The notes: generated by a model from the sequence alone, not told the origin. DNA of 64,000 nucleotides from Bacteroidota bacterium (GCA_016192035.1 JACPUW010000035.1:52323-116322), one strand, 5' to 3'. Counted from the first letter of the stretch, positions 38,962 through 49,667 are shown. Translations and numbers: made by a program.

Positions 38962-40119
38962 ATGGTGGAAGTGCGCAAACGTGCTGGGGGACTGCGGATT
39001 GGGGTTCCCAAGGAAATCGCGGTGCAAGAGAACCGCATAGCTCTCACCCCTCAGGCCGTACACCTGTTGGTGGCCCATGGCCATGAGGTTTGGGTAGAAA
39101 CCGGTGCTGGCCTTAATTCTAAGTTTACCGACCATGACTTTAGCGAAGCCGGTGCCCTGGTAGTGGAAGATGCCCAACGCGTATATTCCTGTCCCTATGT
39201 AGTTAAGGTGGCGTTTCCCACTACGCCCGAACTTGACATACTCCAGCAAGGACAAACCCTCATCTCCACCCTGCACGCTCCACTGGCCGATAAATCTGCC
39301 ATTGACCAACTGATGCGAAAGAAAATCACGGCCATTGGCATGGAAATGCTTAAGGATGAGACCGGAGGATATCCAGTGGTACAGTCCATGAGTGAAATAG
39401 CCGGGGGTGCCAGTATCCTTATAGCCTCTGAATACCTTTCAAACATTAAGCACGGCAAGGGTGTGATGCTCGGTGGCATTTCGGGCATACCCCCAAGTGA
39501 GATCGTGGTAATTGGGGCAGGTACGGTGGGGCAGTATGCCGCACGGGCTGCATTGGGTTTGGGTGCCACGGTCAAGGTGTTTGACAACTCGGTAACGCGA
39601 CTAAAACGCCTGCTCAATGGGCTCCACGCGCCCATATTCACTAGCATAGCCCACCCCAAGGTGTTGATAAACGCCTTGCGTACTGCCGACGTGGTGATAG
39701 GGGCAGTACGGGCCGTGAAAGGACGTGCCCCTGTGCTGGTGACCGAAGAAATGGTGATGGGCATGAAACCCGGTTCGGTGATAGTGGATGTGAGCATAGA
39801 CCACGGCGGCTGTGTGGAAACATCGGAAGTGACCAATCATCAATCGCCTGTTTTTGAGAAACATGGGGTGATACATTACTGTGTAACCAATATCCCTTCG
39901 CGGGTAGGGCGCACCGCCAGTTACGCCCTTTCAAATGTGTACGCCAGTTTCTTGCTGGATATAGGCCGGGCCGGGGGCGTTAAAAACCACATTTGGGAGC
40001 GGGAGTATGTTAGGGAGAGCGTGTACCTCTTTCAGGGTATGCTCACCAACGACTTCCTGGGGGAGAAATTTGGCATTCCGGTGAAAGACATCAACCTCTT
40101 GATTGCCTCCCTGCTTTAA
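38962..40119 (+). CDS. ald: Alanine dehydrogenase
   Basis: RIGVPKEIAVQENRIALTP N-terminus and NAD fold VVIGAGTVGQYAARAALGLGATV. The ORF begins at 38896. Confidence 0.85.
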   Translation: MVEVRKRAGGLRIGVPKEIAVQENRIALTPQAVHLLVAHGHEVWVETGAGLNSKFTDHDFSEAGALVVEDAQRVYSCPYVVKVAFPTTPELDILQQGQTLISTLHAPLADKSAIDQLMRKKITAIGMEMLKDETGGYPVVQSMSEIAGGASILIASEYLSNIKHGKGVMLGGISGIPPSEIVVIGAGTVGQYAARAALGLGATVKVFDNSVTRLKRLLNGLHAPIFTSIAHPKVLINALRTADVVIGAVRAVKGRAPVLVTEEMVMGMKPGSVIVDVSIDHGGCVETSEVTNHQSPVFEKHGVIHYCVTNIPSRVGRTASYALSNVYASFLLDIGRAGGVKNHIWEREYVRESVYLFQGMLTNDFLGEKFGIPVKDINLLIASLL

Positions 40120-40167
40120 TAGAAAGGCCATAATGCTCCATAGTTTATCAGATTTTTCCTAGGTGCT

Positions 40168-41157
40168 ATGATGGTAGGCACGGCGCCCTCACGCATCCTC
40201 CTTGTCAGGTTTAGTTCTATAGGCGATATACTGCTCACCACGCCGGTGGTCAGGTGTTTGGCCCGTGAGTATCCTGGCGCCCAAATCCATGTGCTCACCA
40301 AGGCCGCCTATGCCGAATTGTGGCAAAACAATCCATATGTGCATCATATTCATACGTTTAGCGGCAATTGGTCAGCCCTTTTTGCTGAGCTCAATCCTTA
40401 TGTTTTTGATTGGTACCTTGACCTACACCGCAACCTAAGGACCCTATGGCTCAAGGCTAGGCTGCGCCATAGGGTATATTTCACCTACCCCAAGTACAAT
40501 CTGCGGAAGTGGTTGCTAGTCAATTCTAAGTGGAATACCATGGGGGAGTATTCCGTTCCATTGGCCTATTTTGCCCAGCTACCCATACCATATGACGGCG
40601 CGGGGCCCGATGCCCACTTTGCCCACTGGCGCGGCCAGGTGCCAGGGCCCAATGGGAACTATACCGTGCTGGTACTGGGGGCCAAATTCCGCACAAAACA
40701 AGCCCCTGCACCGCGCTTGCTCCAAGTGATACATGGCCTGCAAGGTGCCGTAGTGTTGCTGGGTGGCAGGGAAGAGGTGCCACTGGCCGCCTGGCTTATG
40801 GAACATTCGGATAATAAACCCTTGGATTACACGGGTAAACTGGGCCTTGGTGAGTCGGCATGGCTTATACGTGGTGCCAGCGCCGTGGTAGCCCACGACA
40901 CGGGGTACATGCACGTGGCAGCCGCCTTTGACAAACCCATGGCGGTGCTTTGGGGAAACACGGTTCCGAGTTTTGGATTTAAGCCTTTGTACCCCAATGA
41001 TTCAGTAGCCCCGGTACTGCATTTGTCGGTACAAGGCTTGAGCTGTAGGCCCTGCTCCAAACTAGGCCATGACACCTGCCCGAGAAGGCATTTTCACTGT
41101 ATGGAAAGACATGATTATGATGCCCTTTGCGCCTGGGTCAATCTATTGTTGCCTTGA
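40168..41157 (+). CDS. Glycosyltransferase family 9 (LPS heptosyltransferase-like)
   Basis: RILLVRFSSIGDILLTTPVVRCL N-terminus is typical of GT9. Confidence 0.7.
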   Translation: MMVGTAPSRILLVRFSSIGDILLTTPVVRCLAREYPGAQIHVLTKAAYAELWQNNPYVHHIHTFSGNWSALFAELNPYVFDWYLDLHRNLRTLWLKARLRHRVYFTYPKYNLRKWLLVNSKWNTMGEYSVPLAYFAQLPIPYDGAGPDAHFAHWRGQVPGPNGNYTVLVLGAKFRTKQAPAPRLLQVIHGLQGAVVLLGGREEVPLAAWLMEHSDNKPLDYTGKLGLGESAWLIRGASAVVAHDTGYMHVAAAFDKPMAVLWGNTVPSFGFKPLYPNDSVAPVLHLSVQGLSCRPCSKLGHDTCPRRHFHCMERHDYDALCAWVNLLLP

Positions 41158-41443
41158 TGCCCCGCTCTATAAAGGCGTCGCGCTTGGGCCTTAGGGTATC
41201 ATAGTCTCCACGGGTCACCCGCGCCTTGCCTTTGTAATGTACCAGCACAGCGGTTTGCTCAGCCTGCTCTGAGCTAAACCTACAGATATCCATGAGGCTC
41301 ACTATTACCCAGTCAAAGGTGTTCACGTCGTCGTTATGCAAAATCAATGTCCTAAGTTCTTTTATGTCAATGTCATCCAAGACCAACTCTTCGGTTTGGT
41401 ATGACATTCGGTGGTTTGGGCGGTAGGTATTCACGGTGGTCAA
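41138..41443 (-). CDS. clpS: ATP-dependent Clp protease adaptor ClpS
   Basis: LILHNDDVNTFDWVIVSLMDICRFSSEQAEQTAVLVHYKGKA is the ClpS core. Confidence 0.75.
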   Translation of the reverse strand: MTTVNTYRPNHRMSYQTEELVLDDIDIKELRTLILHNDDVNTFDWVIVSLMDICRFSSEQAEQTAVLVHYKGKARVTRGDYDTLRPKRDAFIERGIKATID

Positions 41444-42063
41444 TTCTTTATGAGCCTGATTTTCGATTCTTCCCCCTTTAAAAGCCGGTCAATGTTTTTT
41501 CGGTGGGTATAGAGTACGATAAGGGGTATGATAATGGAAAACACCTGGATAAGGATGCTGTCTTCGCCAAACAAGAAATTGATTTGAATGGGATACAGGA
41601 TGGCGGCCAGAATAGACCCCAGGGAAACAAACCGGGTAATGGAGACCACCACAATGAATATGCCCAATGAAAGCAGGGCACTCTCCACATGTACGCCGAG
41701 AATAATGCCAAAGAAGGTGGCAATGCCCTTGCCCCCTCTGAATTGGGCAAAAATGGGGAAGATATGGCCTACCACGGCGGCAATGCCAAGCAGCAGCTTG
41801 GCCTCTATGGTGTGTGTGAGCACAAAGCCGTTCTCAAAATAGTTGATATAAACCAAGCGGGTGGCCAACAGGCCCTTGGCTATATCAATGAGCAATACGG
41901 GAATGGCTATGCCAGGCCCCAGGACGCGCAAGGTGTTGGTGGCCCCGGCGTTGCCGCTGCCATGCCGGCGTACGTCAATGCCGGCAAAGAGTTTACCGGC
42001 CCACACGGCTGTGGGCGTGCTGCCTATTGCATATGCTGCCACAAAAGCGAAGAACAATTCCAT
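41440..42063 (-). CDS. plsY: Glycerol-3-phosphate acyltransferase PlsY
   Basis: GSGNAGATN...FRGGKGIAT are the PlsY motifs. Confidence 0.9.
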   Translation of the reverse strand: MELFFAFVAAYAIGSTPTAVWAGKLFAGIDVRRHGSGNAGATNTLRVLGPGIAIPVLLIDIAKGLLATRLVYINYFENGFVLTHTIEAKLLLGIAAVVGHIFPIFAQFRGGKGIATFFGIILGVHVESALLSLGIFIVVVSITRFVSLGSILAAILYPIQINFLFGEDSILIQVFSIIIPLIVLYTHRKNIDRLLKGEESKIRLIKN

Positions 42064-42072
42064 ATGGTTAAA

Positions 42073-45000
42073 CTAATTTTTAATGCGCACCGCGTTTTGG
42101 CGTGTACGTGTTATCATGTCGGCGGTGGCCTCACGGTACTGCAACCTACCGGTTACTTCCTTGGGTTTCTTGGCCATGGCCCTTATCACAAATTCATTGT
42201 CAGACGAACCGATAAACATTTCCTCATCAACAAAAGTAAATAGGTACCAATTGTTGTCACTTGATTCCATGTAAATGCTTATGGAATCATTGGCCAAGGT
42301 TTTAAAGAACCCCAGCCGCCCGTTGAGGTATTTGTTCACGTGGTGGTTGGTGAGGTTGGCCAAGCCTATTTGTGCCCTGTTTTGAAAAGACTTAGATGTG
42401 GTATCCCACACCATTTCGGTTTCGCCAAAAAACAATAAGGGGGAATAGTCTTTTATATAGGGTACCTCATTGGTGGCGGTAAGGTCTTCCATCATTTTGG
42501 TCAAATCCTTGTTGTCCAATACTTTTCTGCCTATGGTAGAGCGCAGGTAGCCCTTGTTGTTGTCCAGGTCGGGGTTAAAATAGGCCAGGGTGATCAGGGA
42601 ATCGCTCATCAAGTTGGCGGCCGACACATCAATAGGTATGGAGATGCCCCCGCAAATGTGCATGGTAGCTTGCTTGAGCGATAGGCTATAGGTACACAGG
42701 CTAGAGAGGTTGAAATCAAAGTTTTCCAATTGGTACCCCAAATTGTAGGGGCCATCCATGGCAATGAAATTCTGGTCTATGTTATACTCCCATTTGGCCG
42801 GGCGTATATCGTTGAGGTGGTATCTCGACATCTGGGTGATTACGATGGAGTTGGTGTCGCTATCATAGTATAGGTCGCCTTGGGCGCGGTATATGGCCAG
42901 GTCGTCGGGGGTTTGCTTTACGCCCAAGAGCAGTGGATATAATTTGCGGGTCTTGGAGTTGAGAAACAGGCCAGTATGCAGCTCTTGCCCCAGTGCGTTT
43001 TTGGCATTGCTCACATCAAAGTAGAGGGAGTCAAAAGCCACCAGGCCCTTGAAAACAAATTTCTCGGTTGCCAGGTCTTTGGCCGTGGGGTGTTCCACGT
43101 TTACTTCCCCTTCAAAAGCTATTTCCTTTCGGTTGCTTTCAAAGATCAAATTGCCCGAATAGGAAAAAAAATCACCAAAGTGGAAGCCCATGCTGTCGGG
43201 TATGGTGCCTATGCCCTGGGTGGTTCCCTGGTCGGTGGTGCTTACCTGGTCCATGGCTATCTCCCATAGCTTGCCATTGGGGTCGGTGTACTGGTACATG
43301 CCGCTGGCAGTTAGCCTTTTGCTGCTAAATATATTGACCGCAGCCTTTTTGACCAAGTGGAATTCATTTTCGGCACTGGCCAGTATTTCAGCATTTTCCA
43401 GGGCGGGTATCTCCCCGTTTTCGCCTATGGTTACCGATCCCTCGGGCTTTACCTTGGCATCGCCCACCACAAAATAGGCTATGTCATGCGCCTGCAAGCC
43501 CAGCGTGGTCAGGTCAAGTTCGGCTGACTTGGGCGTAAAGCTCAGTGAGTCGAAAGCGGGGTTGGTTGACACAAAGAAGAAGTCTATCTCATCATTGCCA
43601 GTCCCTTTTTCCAGATAGACCTTTTTGGCCGCCACGTCCCACTTAAACTGAGGAATATTGGTAGAGTAGCTGTTGTGCAGCAGCATGGTATATAGATTCT
43701 CGTCATTGATTTCCCCATAGAGCAGTTGCTTGTCAAAGTCAATGGTAACGCGCACATTGTCATTGTTAAGCAAGGGTTTCTGCATGGTTTCGTCATATAG
43801 GTTGAAACGGGTGGAGTCGGCAGAAAGGTCGCGGTGCTTAAAGTTGTAATATTCAGAGTTTATCAAGCTCTGGCGATAGTTAAATTCCCCTTTGCCATAC
43901 ATCTCGGCTTGGGTAAAAACCAATTGTCCGCGCAAAAATGATTCGGGCTCATACATATTGATAAAAGCCGTGGAATCAATGGCGGCTATGATCATGGTAT
44001 CGCGGTATGGGGTCCAGGTTACTAGGCAATTGCTGGAATTCACCTGTGGAAAGCGCTTGCGCTTGCTGTCGTCCATAGAAAACACGGTCTTGAGCGCCAT
44101 CATGCTATCGGGAAAAAAAATCATGTCATTCGACTGTACCTCAGCCCCATTGTAGGTAAACCTACCGTCGCCTTTAAGGCCCTTGTTGCTTAGGAAAATC
44201 TTCATATGGCAGTGTCCAGTACCACTATACAGTGGATAGCCGGACACGGGTGTTTCAGTGCCAAAACCCAATGAAAAATCAGGTTGAAGGGTTAGCCGGT
44301 AGTCAAAACTGGGCAGGATATTGGCCGAAACAAAAGTGCCGTTCAGGTTGAGCCCCTTCATGGAGAATTTGTCTAAGCTATCCACCACAAAGGGTTTGAG
44401 CTTGAAGTGAAACCGGTCCCTGTCATAGACCCCATTATATATCGATTTGTAGTCATAATACACATAAGCTCCTTGGGTACAGTCAAATATGGGGTAGTTT
44501 GGGCTCAGGAGCCGGCCTGATTTGTTGTCTGGCTTGTCTATCATCAATTTGCCCGTTATGTCTTGGATCACCGTGTTTACCCGCCTAAGTACCCCACCTG
44601 CCTTCTCATCGGGAAAATTGAACATCATGGAGTCAACCTGGTTCATACTGATGAGAAAATCGCGGTAGCTAAATTCAAAGTTTTTCCCGAAATACTCAAA
44701 CCGCCCAGCCTTGAGGTAGCCGTCAAACACCATGTCCCGGTCTTTTCTAAACCGTATGGTTTGTTTGGCTGGGTAGATCTGCACGTTTGACGAGTCGCTC
44801 ATGCGCACCGTTTGCACCCCCCGTACCATCAGCTCATTGGTTGAATGATAGAAACGGGAGTTATTGGTGCCTTTTATCTGTGATTTTATTAGGATAACAT
44901 CGTAATCGGTTTTCCGCAAATAGGCATTAATGTAGGTAAATAGCTTGTCTTGTAGATATACCTCCTTCATCTCCGTATTGTAGATGATAAAACCCTGTGA

Positions 45001-46464
45001 TGCAAGTACCATGAGAAGGGGTTGGATGTTTTCCACGCTGGCAGCGCCAAACCATCCGGCTATTTCCTCTTCGGGGTAATACCGCCTTTGGTAGGTGGTA
45101 AACAGCATGTTGAGCTTAAACAGGGGGTTGTATCCCATATTGGCCTGCAGTTTATCCACGCGTTGCCTGTTGAAGTAATCCCGCGATTCAAATACGGCCA
45201 GGCCGTCGGGGTCGCGGCGGGATGAAATATCAAAATAGCTGCTGTCCACATAGCATTCCAGCATGTCGGCAAACATGTCGAGCTGGTGGTAGGTGTTGGT
45301 AAAAGGAGAGGTAAGGGCCGCGCCCGGGGGAAGGCTTAGCGTGAGGTAGGCCTTGTCTCGCTCAAGCTGAAGGTAAAGCGAAGAATGGTAAATGCTGTCG
45401 TTGTCAATATAAATGGTTAGTCCACAGTTGGATGCGGTAATGTTGGTAGGGGTTATGAAGAAATCCTTAGACCGCAACTGCATGAATTTCCGGCCCTCTC
45501 GCAGTATGGTGAGTTGGGCAGGGGAGTTGCCCACCCCGGCACCTATGATGGTGGCTCCCTGCATGCCAAATCCCCCTTTGTAAATCAGGTAGTCATCCAG
45601 GTCGTCCAAGGTAAACTTTCGTTGGTGCGAACGAAACTGCGGATAGGTGGCTTTCTTGGCATTGCGCCCGTCCAGGTTGTCGGTGAGCTTGCCCGCCATG
45701 GTGCCAGGAAAGGCATCTGAGTTGATAAATTCTACACTGTCAGCGCTATATCCCTGTGCGGTCATGTCTATTTTATAGAATCCCAGTTGGGCATATACGC
45801 TGCCAGGAGCCAGGCCTACCCTTTCCCAATTCACTTCCCCATCATGCCCCCGCCAGGTTTGGGTGGCCAAATTGAACCTGCCGCCAGTATTTTCTATGAG
45901 CAAGGTATCTGTGGTTCCCCTAAGGCTAAGCTGCACGTTTTCAACTTCAATTTTGGGCCTTGCGCTTACTGTTAGGGTGTATCTTGAGTGGTCTATACCC
46001 CATTCCTTTCCTTTTTTCCCTGCCAGCACCTGGTGTTTGTTCAGGCCATATATGGCGTCCATTACTGTCCTCACTTCGGCCTTGCCTTTTCTCAAGCCTA
46101 TGAGGGTATCAACCGTTTGGTTGAAAGCCACAAGGTTTTCTTCATCTATTTCATTGGCATAAAAGGAATTGATGGTGCGCAAATACGCCGTAAAATCGGG
46201 ATGAGGTATGTATCGGGACTTGTACATGGTATTGCAGGCTTTCACCAGGCTAGCCTCTGCCTCATAGCCCAGGCTGCCCCCTTGCCACAGCAGGTCGAAC
46301 TGCTCGAGTTCCATGTCCAAATCATGGTTTTTGGCTGCTTTAAGGAATTGTGTCCAAGCCTCATAGAACTCAGCCGGATCGGTAGGCAGGTTTTTTAGCT
46401 TCTGGGCTTGCGCCCCATGGTAGGCCAAGCCCAAGAGTCCAATAAGTACGGCAATTTTCATCAC
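42073..46464 (-). CDS. Very large (1463 aa) secreted protein of unknown function
   Basis: Single uninterrupted ORF with a signal peptide (MMKIAVLIGLLGLAYHGAQAQ). Beta-rich, aromatic-rich composition with no low-complexity repeats. No motif I can assign. Confidence 0.6.
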   Translation of the reverse strand: MMKIAVLIGLLGLAYHGAQAQKLKNLPTDPAEFYEAWTQFLKAAKNHDLDMELEQFDLLWQGGSLGYEAEASLVKACNTMYKSRYIPHPDFTAYLRTINSFYANEIDEENLVAFNQTVDTLIGLRKGKAEVRTVMDAIYGLNKHQVLAGKKGKEWGIDHSRYTLTVSARPKIEVENVQLSLRGTTDTLLIENTGGRFNLATQTWRGHDGEVNWERVGLAPGSVYAQLGFYKIDMTAQGYSADSVEFINSDAFPGTMAGKLTDNLDGRNAKKATYPQFRSHQRKFTLDDLDDYLIYKGGFGMQGATIIGAGVGNSPAQLTILREGRKFMQLRSKDFFITPTNITASNCGLTIYIDNDSIYHSSLYLQLERDKAYLTLSLPPGAALTSPFTNTYHQLDMFADMLECYVDSSYFDISSRRDPDGLAVFESRDYFNRQRVDKLQANMGYNPLFKLNMLFTTYQRRYYPEEEIAGWFGAASVENIQPLLMVLASQGFIIYNTEMKEVYLQDKLFTYINAYLRKTDYDVILIKSQIKGTNNSRFYHSTNELMVRGVQTVRMSDSSNVQIYPAKQTIRFRKDRDMVFDGYLKAGRFEYFGKNFEFSYRDFLISMNQVDSMMFNFPDEKAGGVLRRVNTVIQDITGKLMIDKPDNKSGRLLSPNYPIFDCTQGAYVYYDYKSIYNGVYDRDRFHFKLKPFVVDSLDKFSMKGLNLNGTFVSANILPSFDYRLTLQPDFSLGFGTETPVSGYPLYSGTGHCHMKIFLSNKGLKGDGRFTYNGAEVQSNDMIFFPDSMMALKTVFSMDDSKRKRFPQVNSSNCLVTWTPYRDTMIIAAIDSTAFINMYEPESFLRGQLVFTQAEMYGKGEFNYRQSLINSEYYNFKHRDLSADSTRFNLYDETMQKPLLNNDNVRVTIDFDKQLLYGEINDENLYTMLLHNSYSTNIPQFKWDVAAKKVYLEKGTGNDEIDFFFVSTNPAFDSLSFTPKSAELDLTTLGLQAHDIAYFVVGDAKVKPEGSVTIGENGEIPALENAEILASAENEFHLVKKAAVNIFSSKRLTASGMYQYTDPNGKLWEIAMDQVSTTDQGTTQGIGTIPDSMGFHFGDFFSYSGNLIFESNRKEIAFEGEVNVEHPTAKDLATEKFVFKGLVAFDSLYFDVSNAKNALGQELHTGLFLNSKTRKLYPLLLGVKQTPDDLAIYRAQGDLYYDSDTNSIVITQMSRYHLNDIRPAKWEYNIDQNFIAMDGPYNLGYQLENFDFNLSSLCTYSLSLKQATMHICGGISIPIDVSAANLMSDSLITLAYFNPDLDNNKGYLRSTIGRKVLDNKDLTKMMEDLTATNEVPYIKDYSPLLFFGETEMVWDTTSKSFQNRAQIGLANLTNHHVNKYLNGRLGFFKTLANDSISIYMESSDNNWYLFTFVDEEMFIGSSDNEFVIRAMAKKPKEVTGRLQYREATADMITRTRQNAVRIKN

Positions 46465-46473
46465 GGGCGAAAG

Positions 46474-47292
46474 TTAGCGTCTGAAGGCCATAGCCAACCA
46501 TTCGTCCTTGGCCTGGGACCAATCCATTGTAAGGCCTGAATCTGCTCCCTGCTTGTCAAAATAGGCCTGATCACTGGCATAGAAACCACTTATGATGAGG
46601 ATACCATCATGGGCCAGTAAGGCGAGGAGCGCGTGCCACCGCTCCAATATGGTATTGCGGCTCACATTGGCCAGCACCATGGCATACCGCCCCTCTTTCA
46701 CCAAGTCAAGGTCGCCCAGGGCCAAGTGTACCTCCTGGCAGCCGTTTACTTGCAGGTTCTCTGCCGCGTTTTCTAGGCTGTTGGGGTCTATGTCTATGCC
46801 CAAGACCTCTGTGGCGCCCATTTTTTTTGCCAATATGGCCAGTACCCCAGTGCCGGTGCCGAAATCGAGTACGCTTTTGCCCGTGGCACCATAGTGAAGC
46901 AATGCGCTTACCATGAGGTAAGTGGTGGGGTGGTGCCCGGTACCAAAAGACATTTTGGGCTGTATCACCAGGTCATAGGTCACCCCTTGCTGGGGAACAG
47001 GGTGGTGTGCCGCCCGTATAAGGCATTCATTGCCAATTGCTACTGCTTGGTAGTCGGCTTCCCAAATCGCATTCCAGTTTTCATTGGCCACCCGCCTGCT
47101 TGTATATTGTATCTTATTCTTGGCCATGAAGTTTTTGACCACTGCGCTTAGGCCCACTTCCGTCCCTGGTGCGTAGGCTTCAATTTCTTGTGGCCGTTCT
47201 TCTATGCACTCAAACCCGTCTTGAAACAAAAAGGCCGAGAGAATGGCCAGGCTTTCGGTGGGGCCTGTAAAGGTGTAACTGGTGTAGAACAT
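46474..47292 (-). CDS. prmA: Ribosomal protein L11 methyltransferase
   Basis: VLDFGTGTGVLAILAKKMGA...GIDIDPNSLENA. Confidence 0.85.
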   Translation of the reverse strand: MFYTSYTFTGPTESLAILSAFLFQDGFECIEERPQEIEAYAPGTEVGLSAVVKNFMAKNKIQYTSRRVANENWNAIWEADYQAVAIGNECLIRAAHHPVPQQGVTYDLVIQPKMSFGTGHHPTTYLMVSALLHYGATGKSVLDFGTGTGVLAILAKKMGATEVLGIDIDPNSLENAAENLQVNGCQEVHLALGDLDLVKEGRYAMVLANVSRNTILERWHALLALLAHDGILIISGFYASDQAYFDKQGADSGLTMDWSQAKDEWLAMAFRR

Positions 47293-47296
47293 GGAT

Positions 47297-48067
47297 TTAG
47301 CTGAGTGCCTGGCTCATGGCCTGTGCTATGGCCCAGAAGTCGCCTGCCTGAAGTGATGCACCGCCTATGAGTGCCCCATCTATATCGCCCATGCTAAAAA
47401 GGGACAGGGCGTTGTTTTGTTTTACACTGCCACCGTAGAGTATAGGGGTCCTTTCGGCCTTGCTGCCCAAGATTTTCTTGAGGTGGCGTCTTATAAAGGC
47501 GTGCATCTCTTGGGCTTGGGCAGGAGTGGCCGTTACCCCGGTGCCTATGGCCCACACGGGTTCGTATGCCACTATCAGGTTGGGCAGTGCCCTGGGGTGC
47601 AGCTTGCCCAGTACTTCATCTAGCTGACGGGTCACTACGTCAAAGTGCTTGTCGGCTTGCCTATCATCCAGCATCTCGCCACAGCAATACACCACCTGTA
47701 GGTCAAAACCCAAAGCGGCCATCACCTTGGCTTGCAGTTCTTGGTGGGTTTCCTTTTGGTATTGGCGCCGCTCCGAATGGCCTATGAGCACGTGGTCGGC
47801 CTGTACATCCACAAGCATGGCGGCGCTTATTTCGCCGGTATAGGCACCCATATTTGCCCAATGACAATTTTGAGCGCCCACATGGAATCCCTCCAGCCCT
47901 TTCCATGACTCAACTAAGCTGTCAATACACAGGTAAGTCGGAAAAATGCAGATTTCGTAGTCTTTGGGAGGGGTTTTGTAAAGCTGTTTCAATTCCTCCC
48001 CAAATTCCCGTGTTTCGGCGGGCGATTTATACATTTTCCAGTTGCCCGCTATAATTTTCCTTCTCAT
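47297..48067 (-). CDS. tpiA: Triose-phosphate isomerase
   Basis: IAGNWKM, IGHSERR, AYEPVWAIGTG, YGGSV. Confidence 0.95.
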   Translation of the reverse strand: MRRKIIAGNWKMYKSPAETREFGEELKQLYKTPPKDYEICIFPTYLCIDSLVESWKGLEGFHVGAQNCHWANMGAYTGEISAAMLVDVQADHVLIGHSERRQYQKETHQELQAKVMAALGFDLQVVYCCGEMLDDRQADKHFDVVTRQLDEVLGKLHPRALPNLIVAYEPVWAIGTGVTATPAQAQEMHAFIRRHLKKILGSKAERTPILYGGSVKQNNALSLFSMGDIDGALIGGASLQAGDFWAIAQAMSQALS

Positions 48068-49254
48068 AATGGGTGGCTAAGTGATTGTTGGTGGAGATTT
48101 TTAAGCAGTGCCATCTCTTGTGGGCCCAAGTTTAGTTGTCTTCTTTCCATCACGCGTTGGGCTACTTCCAGGGCTTTGTCTATGCGGTAGTTCACAAACC
48201 CCGATGCGCCGCCCCAACTAAATGATGGAATGAACTTGGGGGGGAAATCGCCGCCAAATATATTGGCCGATACGCCCACAACCGTGCCGGTGTTGAACAT
48301 GGTATTGATGCCTGATTTGGAGTGGTCGCCCATGAACAGGCCACAAAATTGAGTACCGGTGTCCATGTATTGTTGGCTGTGGATGTGATAGATAGATACA
48401 TTGCCGTAGTCATTTTTTAGGTTGCTGGTATTGGTGTCGGCACCCAGGTTGCACCAGTGGCCCAGCACGGAGTTGCCCATAAAACCGTCGTGGCCCTTAT
48501 TGGAATATCCGGTCATGATGGAGTTGCTCACCTCGCCGCCCACCTTGCAGTATGGGCCTATGGTAGTGGCATCGCGCAGCTTAGCCCCCATGTTGACCAC
48601 GGCCCCCTGCCCCAAGGCTACCGGGCCGCGCAGGAGGGCACCGTCCAGCACCTGTGCTTGAGCGCCTATATAAATGGGGCCATCAATTGAATTGAGAGAA
48701 CAATTGATTACCTGTGCTTCAGGTTCTATAAATATCTGATCGCCAATAAGGGTACAGCTTTCGTGTGCCGGCGCGGAAAGCCTGCCTTGGGTGAGCAGTT
48801 CATAGTCTTGGGCTATCTGGCCCTTATTCTCTTGAAAAAGGTGCCACAATTGCCGTACACATGGTATTGGATGCGAATAGTCCCGTGGGTGGAGTTTGGC
48901 TCCTAATTCCGGGCCCCAGCCCTTTGCCATTTCCTTGTCCACCCGGGCGGCTATGGCATGTGGGCCGTGTACCAACACTTGCCCCATGCCAAGGCTTTCT
49001 ACTGCCGATACCAGGGTGGGATTGGGCATGAAAAGCGGGTTGACCAACAAGTTGTCATGGGTTATTTCGGTAGGATAAACCGCTGCCACCGAAGGGTGTG
49101 AGAGATAGGATGCGCGGGTACCCATGCGCATTTCCCATTTCTGGCCCAGGCAGAGTATGCCGCACCGCAGCAGGGCTGTGGGCCGTGTGTGGGTGAGCGG
49201 CAATAGGTTATTGCGCCACGCGGTATCTACAAATAGGAGGTTGGGCTTTGGCAT
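48064..49254 (-). CDS. Putative sugar nucleotidyltransferase (NTP_transf_4-like N-terminus + hexapeptide LbH C-terminus)
   Basis: 396 aa. C-terminal LbH repeats (IGPYCKVGGEVSNSIMTGYSNKGHDGFMGNSVLGHWCNLGADTNTSN). Confidence 0.6.
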   Translation of the reverse strand: MPKPNLLFVDTAWRNNLLPLTHTRPTALLRCGILCLGQKWEMRMGTRASYLSHPSVAAVYPTEITHDNLLVNPLFMPNPTLVSAVESLGMGQVLVHGPHAIAARVDKEMAKGWGPELGAKLHPRDYSHPIPCVRQLWHLFQENKGQIAQDYELLTQGRLSAPAHESCTLIGDQIFIEPEAQVINCSLNSIDGPIYIGAQAQVLDGALLRGPVALGQGAVVNMGAKLRDATTIGPYCKVGGEVSNSIMTGYSNKGHDGFMGNSVLGHWCNLGADTNTSNLKNDYGNVSIYHIHSQQYMDTGTQFCGLFMGDHSKSGINTMFNTGTVVGVSANIFGGDFPPKFIPSFSWGGASGFVNYRIDKALEVAQRVMERRQLNLGPQEMALLKNLHQQSLSHPL

Positions 49255-49290
49255 AAAAAAAGAAAGCCCCGAAGTTCGGGGCTTTTGGTC
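49255..49290 (-). terminator. Rho-independent terminator downstream of rpmE2
   Basis: Near-perfect 19 nt palindrome AGCCCCGAAgTTCGGGGCT (49265-49283) flanked by AAAAAA on plus, giving a U-tract on the minus transcript. Confidence 0.65.
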
Positions 49291-49316
49291 CTTTTATTTC
49301 CCCACTATGGGGAGGT

Positions 49317-49577
49317 TTAACCTTTTTGGTTGACTTTTCTGAACTTTCGGTTGAATTTCTCAATCCTTCCGGCAGAGTCAACCAACATTTTCTTACCGGT
49401 AAAGAAGGGGTGGGAAGTATTGCTGATTTCCAGTTTGTACAAGGGGTATTCGTTTCCATCTTCCCATTTGGTGGTCTCCGATGTATTCACACATGAACGG
49501 GTCATAAACTGATGTCCATTGGTCATGTCTTGAAAAATCACCTCTCGGTAGTTCTTTGGGTGCTTGTCGGCTTTCAT
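49317..49577 (-). CDS. rpmE2: 50S ribosomal protein L31 type B
   Basis: [30 protein letters not shown]...HPFFTGK. The ORF extends to 49628. Confidence 0.8.
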   Translation of the reverse strand: MKADKHPKNYREVIFQDMTNGHQFMTRSCVNTSETTKWEDGNEYPLYKLEISNTSHPFFTGKKMLVDSAGRIEKFNRKFRKVNQKG

Positions 49578-49667
49578 GGGCTTTGAAATTTGCGGGTGCA
49601 AATATAAGTAGCGCGTTAATAGCACCAATGGTAAGGGTCAATATTTTTTGCCATATACCTTTGTTCA

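Noticed and set aside
42073-46464. Calling the 1463 aa protein TamB/AsmA
   Set aside because: Size and the N-terminal hydrophobic segment are compatible, but I cannot see a DUF490-like C-terminal signature from sequence alone. It is left as unknown.
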